From a virus, in the IMG/VR virus record IMGVR_UViG_3300047666_001259, positions 1 to 64,000 of that record: a DNA stretch of 64,000 nt. The stretch is one strand, 5' to 3'. Positions 56,332 to 64,000 of this stretch are shown here, one piece after another. Both the position numbers and the translations under genes were made by a program. Below the pieces are notes generated by a model. That model did not search any database and was not told where the DNA came from. It saw nothing but the letters and a program-made list of their open reading frames with translations. Positions within the stretch are counted from its first letter, which is position 1. Every line of letters begins with the position of its first letter.

Positions 56332-57511
56332 GTGTTCTTTCAGTTTTATATTCTTTAATAATTTCAAAAATTCTTTCCTTCTCACCACTTACGGTATAAT
56401 TCTTAAGAAGGTCTTCATAGTCAGATTGGATTTGTGGAACATCCATTTCTCCAGATAACCATTTTTCCAATGCTACACCTAAAAGTTCTACCATTTGGAA
56501 TATTTCTCCGTTGTGCGCCCAGAATCCATTATTATCCTTCACATACTCTTTTGAGCCGAATGGGAACCATCCAACTACGTGAGTACCAGAAGCCATTGAT
56601 TCTAGTGGTAATGTACCAAATCCAGCAATCTCATCTGTATACATACAGAAAGCGAATTCTGAAAGTCTTTCAGCAAACTCTTCACGCTTCAAACCTCCTA
56701 GCTCCACAAATCTCACCCATCTTAGGTGTGGGTTTACAGCACGGAACATTTTAATGATGTTCATTACTTTGAGATTAGTTTCTTGACCTCTTGGGGTCAT
56801 GAAAGCCACCATAGGCTTTTTCTTTGAGATTTCCTCTGGAAGTTGAAAGACTTCTCTATCGATCCCTTGACGAATCTTCTTGATGTTCATGCCCGGCATC
56901 GTGGTGTTGATAAACTCGGTAATAGCATCCGAAACAGAAACAACGTCTCTAATTCCGAAGTTTTGCCAGCTTTGACCATCCTGCATTCCAGTAAGGACAT
57001 ATGCCCAACTTTGCGCTAACACAATTCTCTTACAAGAAACTTGTGCTGTCATTTGCATAATATTAGGGAATCCCTCAGGGATAAACATAAAGTCTTCCGA
57101 CTGAACTTGAAGTGGCGTAGTTTCAAACGTAACTACCTTACCTTCCGAGTTGATCGTCTTTGCCTCTTTGTCTCCTAATGCTTTGAATTCTATTTTACTA
57201 ATATCAAAATCAACCCAATCAGCATTAAATGTATTAAAAATGTCTACTCTCTTTTTAGCTTTCACAGACTCTTGTTGTGATAAGTTAGGGTCGTGTTGTG
57301 GCTCATACCACACCTTGATATCATATCTCTCAGATAAGTGAGATGCCAACCTTAAGAGAACGCCAACGCCACCACTAGGGGTAGGCATTGCAGGACAATA
57401 AAAATGTACAGTGAATTTATCTCCTCTGATTCTTTCTACCACCTGATCGATTAGTTCGTTACGGCTAACCTCTTCTTTTTGGACTTCTTGCTCTTGAATT
57501 TCTTCTGCCAT
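56303..57511 (-). CDS. GT-B (GT4/WsaF-like) glycosyltransferase
   Basis: PSGGV, FIPE, GIDREVF, DEIAGFGTLPLESMASG.HVVG. Confidence 0.8.
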   Translation of the reverse strand: MAEEIQEQEVQKEEVSRNELIDQVVERIRGDKFTVHFYCPAMPTPSGGVGVLLRLASHLSERYDIKVWYEPQHDPNLSQQESVKAKKRVDIFNTFNADWVDFDISKIEFKALGDKEAKTINSEGKVVTFETTPLQVQSEDFMFIPEGFPNIMQMTAQVSCKRIVLAQSWAYVLTGMQDGQSWQNFGIRDVVSVSDAITEFINTTMPGMNIKKIRQGIDREVFQLPEEISKKKPMVAFMTPRGQETNLKVMNIIKMFRAVNPHLRWVRFVELGGLKREEFAERLSEFAFCMYTDEIAGFGTLPLESMASGTHVVGWFPFGSKEYVKDNNGFWAHNGEIFQMVELLGVALEKWLSGEMDVPQIQSDYEDLLKNYTVSGEKERIFEIIKEYKTERTHELEAAKTN

Positions 57512-57536
57512 AATTGTTTTATTTGGATTACTAAGT

Positions 57537-57544
57537 CAAACTTA
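57537..57544 (-). promoter_or_regulatory. Bacteroidota -7 element (TAAGTTTG) heading the GT-GT-sigma operon
   Basis: TAnnTTTG 25 nt upstream of ATG 57511, with TTG about 20 nt further upstream. Confidence 0.6.
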
Positions 57545-57648
57545 GACAGCTAGGATTTAAAATTCAAGTTTTTTTTAAAAAAACTATTTAACCATGTTTT
57601 TTTTGATTTTCACGATCAATCTTCTTATTTTAATTAAAATTATACACA

Positions 57649-57864
57649 ATGGATTTAAATTCAGCAATTAAAGTACTTATCGACAGCACTCTTAAAGCTC
57701 AAGAAAGTGGGCTTTACTCTTGGTATGAATCAAGAGATATAGCTAACGCAGTTGACGCTATAGAAGAAATTTCTAGACAACAACAAGAAATATTAGCAGC
57801 TCAACACGTTAAAAAAGAAAACGAGCAACCAGCTATCCCGCCTGTTGCTCGTCCTCAAGAGTAA
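57649..57864 (+). CDS. Small hypothetical protein
   Basis: A..VL......AQ..G.YS..ES..IA.A conserved-looking motif. Confidence 0.7.
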   Translation: MDLNSAIKVLIDSTLKAQESGLYSWYESRDIANAVDAIEEISRQQQEILAAQHVKKENEQPAIPPVARPQE

Positions 57865-57872
57865 GTTTGATT

Positions 57873-58454
57873 TTAAAGGATTCTATACTGAGAATCCCTT
57901 TTTAGAATGAAGTCATTTTTCGTTTCAACGAAGAATGATTCTTTAATTGTGTCGTATATTACAGTTTCCTTGCTATCTTTACCTAGATCAATGTAAACTC
58001 CAACTACATTATCCCAATCTGCATTCCAGTGGTTTTTTCCGTAGATTTCTTTGTATCCATTACCTTCTAAGATAGAATTAATCTCATCGAGAGAATCTCT
58101 CACGTCACTCACCATCCCATTTCTAGCGGAAACCAGAATAGATTTCGTCTTGTTTGGGAATGACTCTAAAAGACCTTTTGAAAAGTCATCGTATTCAAAT
58201 GTGCTTTCATGCAATAACTTTTGTCTGTTGAATTCCATATCAACATGTTCAGTTAATGGCTTACCATTAACTGCTTTAACATTGTAAAGGATGCCATCAT
58301 ACTTTCCTTTCTCAAACGACCTTCTTTTAAACTTGATGGTTTTCTTAACTGTCTCGTCTTCTTTTCCTTCGTTAAGAATCTTAATTGTATTCAACGTCCT
58401 GCTTTCACGAATTCCGATTAACTCCAAATTCCTCTTTTTTCCTGTTTGTTCCAT
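57873..58454 (-). CDS. Hypothetical protein, late
   Basis: 193 aa; TATTTA at 58472-58477. Confidence 0.7.
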   Translation of the reverse strand: MEQTGKKRNLELIGIRESRTLNTIKILNEGKEDETVKKTIKFKRRSFEKGKYDGILYNVKAVNGKPLTEHVDMEFNRQKLLHESTFEYDDFSKGLLESFPNKTKSILVSARNGMVSDVRDSLDEINSILEGNGYKEIYGKNHWNADWDNVVGVYIDLGKDSKETVIYDTIKESFFVETKNDFILKRDSQYRIL

Positions 58455-58488
58455 AACTTTTTCATTTCTAATAAATAGTTAAGGAAAT

Positions 58489-58761
58489 TTATTTTTTGCC
58501 ACTTTTAATGTTATCGAGATTGATATTCAACCCACTTAACATGCCGTTATCTTGCACTTTATCATTCTGGCTTCTAATCCCTTTCTTTTGATCAGTAAAG
58601 GCTGTTTCTAGTATTGTTTCTATGATCTCGGAAGAAACCCCTATTAATCTATTTTTCATTTGGTCTGCATCTAAACCCTCTTCGTTATTATGCCAGCTTG
58701 CTATCTTAAAATAAGTTAGCTTAACAAGCTCGTCCATGTCAATCTGTATTTCTTTCATCAT
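58489..58761 (-). CDS. Hypothetical protein
   Basis: 90-aa ORF. Confidence 0.6.
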   Translation of the reverse strand: MMKEIQIDMDELVKLTYFKIASWHNNEEGLDADQMKNRLIGVSSEIIETILETAFTDQKKGIRSQNDKVQDNGMLSGLNINLDNIKSGKK

Positions 58762-59158
58762 CTATCATTTTTAAACATTTATCTATTATACTACTTTTTA
58801 TGTCATACTCCAAATTAACAACACCACCCTCTCCTTCAATTTTCTTCTCAATTCTCCATTCAGCACCCTCTTTCTTAGTGTAGTGCTTCATGGTGGAATA
58901 TTCGTTTCCTGATTCAATGATTTTCATCCAAGTATAATCTTTCGGAAGAAGTTGATATACAATCTGTTTTTTAGAAACCATAATACTTTCATACAGCTTC
59001 CCGTCTTTATGCTTTTCTATTTCTAGGTAGTTTGCAAAGTTCACTCCCGTCATTTTGGGATTAAATACATATTTATAGGAGACACCATCTTCTGCCTCAG
59101 TCGTGAAGTTGTGAGTGGTTCCCATAAAATGAGAAGAGTGATAATTAGAAGTCTTCAT
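58739..59158 (-). CDS. Hypothetical protein
   Basis: Start uncertain (59158 or 59125). Confidence 0.6.
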   Translation of the reverse strand: MKTSNYHSSHFMGTTHNFTTEAEDGVSYKYVFNPKMTGVNFANYLEIEKHKDGKLYESIMVSKKQIVYQLLPKDYTWMKIIESGNEYSTMKHYTKKEGAEWRIEKKIEGEGGVVNLEYDIKSSIIDKCLKMIDDERNTD

Positions 59159-59174
59159 ACTAAAAGATAACAAC

Positions 59175-60131
59175 GTGGCTAAGAAAAATCAAATAGAAGA
59201 CCGAAAACCTGTTTTAAGAGATGCCATGCTCTACTATTATTTAGAGTTTGAATCTGAAGTTTTAACTGGAGAAGATATCAAAAAACTTTTAAGTTATGCC
59301 GATTTAGATAAGGTTCCAGATAGGGTCATCCTTCTAAATGATATCTACTCAGAAAACCTTGACTGGAACCAACTATCCAACGCAAAAATAGCTAGACTAA
59401 TTTCTATGTTCATTGACCGTAAGGATGTCCAATTCATTCTGGATAAAGTCAATTTGAAAGAAAAAAAATTTAAGATCAGGGAAATCATTTGGTGTATAGC
59501 TAGAATGCCTGAACTTACAGAAAATACTTTTGGAATAGATTTAAAAAAACTCACAAAAAAAGATGCCTACACTCTATTGAGTCTTGGGCATGATTATTTT
59601 ATTGACAGGATCGATATATCTCGATACAGGTTCAATCCAACAGAGATATATAAAATTGTCAGATCATATCTGTTCGACAGACCAATTATGGAAAAAGTTA
59701 AATCTAATACATTAGAAGGGTTTCACGTATCTCAAGTATTAATCAATACTGGGAGAGATAATCTTGATCTTATAAAATTAGAGAAACTCACCCCAAGTCA
59801 TTGGGTAGAAGTTTTAGGGAAAAGGAAATTTTTATTTGATCTTTGTGATTTCAGTAAGTTTCTCGAAGAGGATGTAATCTTTGCTATTAAACTAGTATCA
59901 ATATTTCCCGATTATCAACCTGCTCATAATTTCATTCTAAAAAAGAAAGACACTATTGGGGATAAAGGGTGGGGTATGTTGTTAGAGTTGTTTCCAACTA
60001 AATACATAGATCACTGCGATTACGGTAGCTTGTATGAAGGTACGTGGGTTAAAGTTGTAGACAAACATCCAGAGCTTCTATCTTATAGAGCTAAAGTGGT
60101 TAAGAAGGCTCCAGAACTTCCGATAATATAA
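59175..60131 (+). CDS. Hypothetical protein with degenerate helical repeats
   Basis: 318 aa; recurring L..L....W..L...P; start uncertain. Confidence 0.65.
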   Translation: MAKKNQIEDRKPVLRDAMLYYYLEFESEVLTGEDIKKLLSYADLDKVPDRVILLNDIYSENLDWNQLSNAKIARLISMFIDRKDVQFILDKVNLKEKKFKIREIIWCIARMPELTENTFGIDLKKLTKKDAYTLLSLGHDYFIDRIDISRYRFNPTEIYKIVRSYLFDRPIMEKVKSNTLEGFHVSQVLINTGRDNLDLIKLEKLTPSHWVEVLGKRKFLFDLCDFSKFLEEDVIFAIKLVSIFPDYQPAHNFILKKKDTIGDKGWGMLLELFPTKYIDHCDYGSLYEGTWVKVVDKHPELLSYRAKVVKKAPELPII

Positions 60132-60752
60132 TTACTTCTCAGTTTCAATTATAGTAATCCCCATACTGTGAGGTGCTGGGTATTTTCCACCAAAATACGG
60201 AAACAATTTATATGTGAACCACTGGAGTAAACCAGTTGGGTTTTTATCAACTCTTTTTAACGCTCTTTCTCCATCAATATTTTTAGCTTTGAATTCATAA
60301 TAGGTTTTGAAAGCATCTAAATCCAACTCCACCCACTCTTCAGGTAAACAATCGATTAATTTTTCGTACTTTCGCTCCCCGTTAACATAGCAGTAAGTGT
60401 GAATTTCTATTTTTTGACCCATAGCTCTCCATCCAAATCTTGCGGAATTTTTATGGTGGTGACCAAAAGAGAATCCAAAAAGTTTATTGATTTGATCGTA
60501 TTGATCAGGTAGAGTATAAAGGCATTCTTTATCAAATTTCACTTTGATATTTAAGTCTTTCATTTTAAAATAAAAGAAAACCCAAACCAACGCAGTCATA
60601 ACTATAGATGCCCAGCCGTAAATATTTTCAATGTTACTATTCAAGAATATTCCTGCGGTCAAAAAAATCATTCCAAGCGGATAAAGTAATTCCTGAAACT
60701 TCAGCCCTTTAAAAAAATGTTTACCTTGCTTAATATTGAATCTCTTTTCCAT
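60132..60752 (-). CDS. Membrane-anchored beta-rich protein
   Basis: Two TM segments, then NKLFGFS.GHHH.NSARFGWR...PYFGG..PAPH; TATTTA at 60772-60777. Confidence 0.65.
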   Translation of the reverse strand: MEKRFNIKQGKHFFKGLKFQELLYPLGMIFLTAGIFLNSNIENIYGWASIVMTALVWVFFYFKMKDLNIKVKFDKECLYTLPDQYDQINKLFGFSFGHHHKNSARFGWRAMGQKIEIHTYCYVNGERKYEKLIDCLPEEWVELDLDAFKTYYEFKAKNIDGERALKRVDKNPTGLLQWFTYKLFPYFGGKYPAPHSMGITIIETEK

Positions 60753-60813
60753 CGTTCTTTGAATTTGCTAATAAATATGTATATATTATCTTAACTTTTA
60801 TTGAAAAAACAAA

Positions 60814-62019
60814 ATGATAAATTTAGAATACTGTTTAATTGAAAATCAATACAGCAAAGACAAAGAAACTATTGTCTGCATTACACGTAAGGGGGAAATA
60901 GAACTAGATAGGTCAATCACAGAAGATTTGAACTACAAGAGAGCGGTCTTGATTCTACAGAAATATGAATTCCTCGCATTAGAGAAATTATGGTTTGAAT
61001 GTTACAAGAGTGATGGTTTAGATAAAGAGCAGCTTGCGAAAGACTTTTATGATATTGGGATTGATCAATCTGAAGATTTAAAAAACCACTTAAAGGATAT
61101 GATTGAACTTACTTTTGAACTAGAAAGCGACTCTCCTGTTAAAGATAATGGTGATCCTGAGTTTTTTGTACCAGACCAAAATAGTTACACAATTAATATT
61201 GACGATAAGTCAGTAGACACTACTGACTCAAATACGTTTAATTTCACAGATATTAACTTTACCGCTAACAATACAGAAAAAGCTAAGCCAACTTACCAAG
61301 CAAGCAGAAACAGTTTGATATCCTACAAAACTCCAGAGAACAAAGAAGTTGTCTCATTCTGTTTTTATCTTTTCTTAGATGCAAAGCTTTCTGTTAACGG
61401 AGAATACTATTTCCTTTTTAGAGGAGATTTCTTTAATGAGATAGGAAGTGAATCATCCAACTTCATTAAGCCAATAAAATTAGACTTTAAAAGAATTGTG
61501 TATGACGTTAACGCTGTACAAAATAAAATTGTCTTTGAAAGCATAAAAACTTCACAAGAAATTATGGAAGACATTGATTGCCTGTTCTCCACTAAATACA
61601 AATTCTTTAAAGAGTTAAAAAATTCCAAAGGAAAAACTACAAAAGGAACGATGGATTTAGATTTCAACATTCTTGAGATCAAAGACTGTATTGATAAGGG
61701 TGCTAAAATCGTTTTTGAGACATCAATGATGGACTTTCAGACACTTTGTGTGATAAGTGACCGAGTAGAAAAAGAAATCGAAGCAGAGTTATCTGATATG
61801 ATGCCAGTAGTATTTTTACAAAAAGCTGTTGACGAACTACATGAGAAAATAAACACAAAAAGAGTAGAGGCAGCTACGGCAGAGGATTATGAAGACGCTT
61901 CCAAATACAAAGAGCTTCTTGAAGCTGTAGAGGGAAAAAGAAATATGATTTACTCTTACCCTAGTAAAGACATGCCGATGGAAGATTACTTTGAGAAATT
62001 CAAGATAGGAAAATTCTAA
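60814..62019 (+). CDS. Hypothetical protein with C-terminal UVR-like motif
   Basis: RVEAATAEDYEDASKYKELL. Confidence 0.6.
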   Translation: MINLEYCLIENQYSKDKETIVCITRKGEIELDRSITEDLNYKRAVLILQKYEFLALEKLWFECYKSDGLDKEQLAKDFYDIGIDQSEDLKNHLKDMIELTFELESDSPVKDNGDPEFFVPDQNSYTINIDDKSVDTTDSNTFNFTDINFTANNTEKAKPTYQASRNSLISYKTPENKEVVSFCFYLFLDAKLSVNGEYYFLFRGDFFNEIGSESSNFIKPIKLDFKRIVYDVNAVQNKIVFESIKTSQEIMEDIDCLFSTKYKFFKELKNSKGKTTKGTMDLDFNILEIKDCIDKGAKIVFETSMMDFQTLCVISDRVEKEIEAELSDMMPVVFLQKAVDELHEKINTKRVEAATAEDYEDASKYKELLEAVEGKRNMIYSYPSKDMPMEDYFEKFKIGKF

Positions 62020-62048
62020 AATATGGCTTGTTATTAGAATATTTTTTC

Positions 62049-62056
62049 TATATTTG
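62049..62056 (+). promoter_or_regulatory. Bacteroidota -7 element (TATATTTG)
   Basis: TTG about 19 nt upstream; precedes the MazG/thyA operon. Confidence 0.65.
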
Positions 62057-62077
62057 CTGTGACAAAAAAGCACAAGT

Positions 62078-63202
62078 ATGGATTACAAAGACTACAAGCC
62101 TTGGGTGCAAACCAAACTATCGCCCAAATTCCACTCAGACCCTGAAGATGATCGGGAGAGTGAATTGAGAACAGTTATTGAAGACTTCATTAAAGTCGGA
62201 AATCAACTAGATGTTCTTAAAAAGAACAAATTTTACGGAAGAGTTAAAGGTCATCCCAATCACGTAGAGTCAGGGGTTGAGGTTCGTCCCTCAGATTCTA
62301 ATTTTATAAAAGAATCTGAAGATGAACAGCTTCTTCATGCTATTATCGGAATGGCAACTGAAACAGTAGAAATGCTGGAGGCGATCTATGCCTCAAAATG
62401 GAAAGGAGAAGAATTCGATACAGTGAATTTCTTTGAAGAAATGGGAGACCTTGAGTTTTACCGTAGCATTCCATTTAATAACCTCGATTGGACTGAGAAA
62501 CAAGTCCGTGATACCAATTATTTCAAGTTAGAGAAAAGATATCCAGAGGGTTACACTGATAACAGTGCGAATAACCGTGATCTGGAATCAGAAAGAGAAA
62601 TTCTCGAAAAAGGTTTGTCAGAAAAAGTCACCACAATTATCGATGAACCAGTAATTCTGGTTTTCTATCTCAATGTTGGTAATTTAGAAGAATGTGATGT
62701 GCAGGAATCCATTGAAAAGATCAAGCATCAATTCCGTTTTAAAGATGAAAAATTTTTAAGTTTTTTTATTCCTGTGCGTAACCAAGATTCTAAGGTCGAA
62801 TGTATCTATCCTGTTCTCCTTGATGATACACAAAAATCAAAAGTCAAAAAAGCAATTCAGCGACTCGAAAAAGAAATACCTGAAATAAGCTATAAATTTA
62901 TTTATGTTGCCTTAACAAGTTTTGATGCATTTCATGGAATAAAAGTTCCAGCAAGATTTGAAAATTTGATGAGGGAAATTGAATCCACTTATGACGAGAT
63001 GATTGAAGGTGTGTTTACTGATTATGACGAGTACAGAAGTTTTGAAGTTGAATGCGCTTCGCAAGCAAGGCATGGTTCAAACGGAACAACTGAGTATGAA
63101 TCTCTTAAAACAGATGATTTAACTGACCTTTTTGATGTAGAAAAAGAACAGATAATAAAACTTGAAAGTTATAAATTTCTAACCTTCAGTTATGATGTCT
63201 GA
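62078..63202 (+). CDS. MazG-like nucleotide pyrophosphohydrolase fused to additional domains
   Basis: LLHAIIGMATETVEMLE..EEMGDLEFY...N..KL.KRYP.G. Confidence 0.75.
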   Translation: MDYKDYKPWVQTKLSPKFHSDPEDDRESELRTVIEDFIKVGNQLDVLKKNKFYGRVKGHPNHVESGVEVRPSDSNFIKESEDEQLLHAIIGMATETVEMLEAIYASKWKGEEFDTVNFFEEMGDLEFYRSIPFNNLDWTEKQVRDTNYFKLEKRYPEGYTDNSANNRDLESEREILEKGLSEKVTTIIDEPVILVFYLNVGNLEECDVQESIEKIKHQFRFKDEKFLSFFIPVRNQDSKVECIYPVLLDDTQKSKVKKAIQRLEKEIPEISYKFIYVALTSFDAFHGIKVPARFENLMREIESTYDEMIEGVFTDYDEYRSFEVECASQARHGSNGTTEYESLKTDDLTDLFDVEKEQIIKLESYKFLTFSYDV

Positions 63203-63599
63203 AAGAAAAATTATCGAAAAAGGTCTTATAAATGACGAGTATTTTTATCTATCTTTAATAGAGGTGGGGGCTAAAATTCCATTAAAATTTAAACCTTTAA
63301 TGGAGGAAATAAAAACTAACTTTAATGGAAGTTTTGAATATATATTTGATAATTATGAAGATTATCAAATACAAGTAGAAGTTTTCAAATCTAACAATGA
63401 TATTGAGTCATACGAGACAATAGAATATGAAGATGATTATAATGCAATACTTTCTGATTTATGGAATATTTCAGAAAATAAATTATTAAAGCTCAAAAGT
63501 TATAAAGAACTTAAAAAGAAAGATATTATTGAAAAGCTGAATGCAGCCAATGAAAGTAAAGATTTGCTTTCAACAATAAAACATCAAAAATTAAAGTAA
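63192..63599 (+). CDS. Hypothetical protein
   Basis: 135 aa. Confidence 0.65.
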   Translation: MMSERKIIEKGLINDEYFYLSLIEVGAKIPLKFKPLMEEIKTNFNGSFEYIFDNYEDYQIQVEVFKSNNDIESYETIEYEDDYNAILSDLWNISENKLLKLKSYKELKKKDIIEKLNAANESKDLLSTIKHQKLK

Positions 63600-63603
63600 C
63601 AAC

Positions 63604-64000
63604 ATGAACAATCTAGATAAACAATACCAAGACTTACTTCAAGATATTCTTGAAAACGGCACAAAAAAAGGAGATAGAACAGGAACAGGAACTATCTCAG
63701 TGTTCGGAAGACAAATTCGACACAACATGAAAGATGGGTTCCCTCTTTTGACTTCCAAGAAAATGGCAACCAAACAAATTATCACTGAACTTCTTTGGTT
63801 CTTACGTGGTGAGACAAATATTCAATCTCTAGTTCAAGATGGAAACTATATTTGGGTTGGTGATGCTTATAAGAAATACACCACGTACCACAATAACCAT
63901 CCAACTATCCACTCCAATAGATTTGAGATTCTTTCTAGAAAAGATTTCATCGAAAAAATCAAAACTGATAACGATTTTGCTAAACAATGGGGCGATTTAG
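63604..64000 (+). CDS. thyA: Thymidylate synthase, partial (runs off the window)
   Basis: Not in the track; [53 protein letters not shown]...[12 protein letters not shown]...IW. Confidence 0.95.
   Translation, partial: MNNLDKQYQDLLQDILENGTKKGDRTGTGTISVFGRQIRHNMKDGFPLLTSKKMATKQIITELLWFLRGETNIQSLVQDGNYIWVGDAYKKYTTYHNNHPTIHSNRFEILSRKDFIEKIKTDNDFAKQWGDL

Noticed and set aside
59159-59227. TGA read-through giving 58739..59158 a signal peptide
   Set aside because: It is a single instance and overlaps the divergent 59175 ORF, so it is most likely coincidental.
2679-61682. Many short ORF-track entries antisense to or nested in long genes (e.g. 2679-2924, 5954-6559, 7914-8234, 13048-13374, 50211-50504, 56434-56754)
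   Set aside because: They are shadow ORFs with biased composition overlapping well-supported CDSs.
1-64000. Stop-codon reassignment, as in some Bacteroidota jumbo phages
   Set aside because: Long genes are intact in code 11, and TAG and TGA terminate genes at sensible positions.
1-64000. tRNA or rRNA genes, introns, inteins
   Set aside because: None recognised by eye and intergenic spaces are short; tRNAscan-SE or Infernal would be needed to exclude them formally.

Overview
A 64-kb segment of a large, AT-rich, contractile-tailed (myovirus-like/jumbo) phage genome in genetic code 11. The host is almost certainly a Bacteroidota, because TAnnTTTG promoters recur and Shine-Dalgarno motifs are not evident. 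The window holds putative head/internal-protein genes, an amidase endolysin, IF-3, a PcfJ-like protein and a recombination block (SNF2 helicase, PD-(D/E)XK nuclease, single-chain Mre11-Rad50/SbcDC, RuvC-like resolvase). It also holds a long tail/baseplate block (tail-collar proteins, gpI-like, gp6/J-like, gp25-like, gp5-like, Calx-beta proteins), a gp55-like sigma factor with a truncated tandem paralog, two glycosyltransferases, a MazG-like fusion and the start of thyA. About 17 late genes share a TATTTA upstream motif. The standout is 32380-34665, an integrase-less, integron-like array of 8 AAC..GTT hairpin modules alternating with 7 GTT..AAC modules, most of which have their own terminal inverted repeats. 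Small ORFs sit inside both module types, and some ORFs read through the putative crossover. All wobble pairs favour folding of the coding strand. The array sits between a stop codon and a terminator-like hairpin, with TTAA at both ends. All calls come from manual motif reading; no database searches were run.
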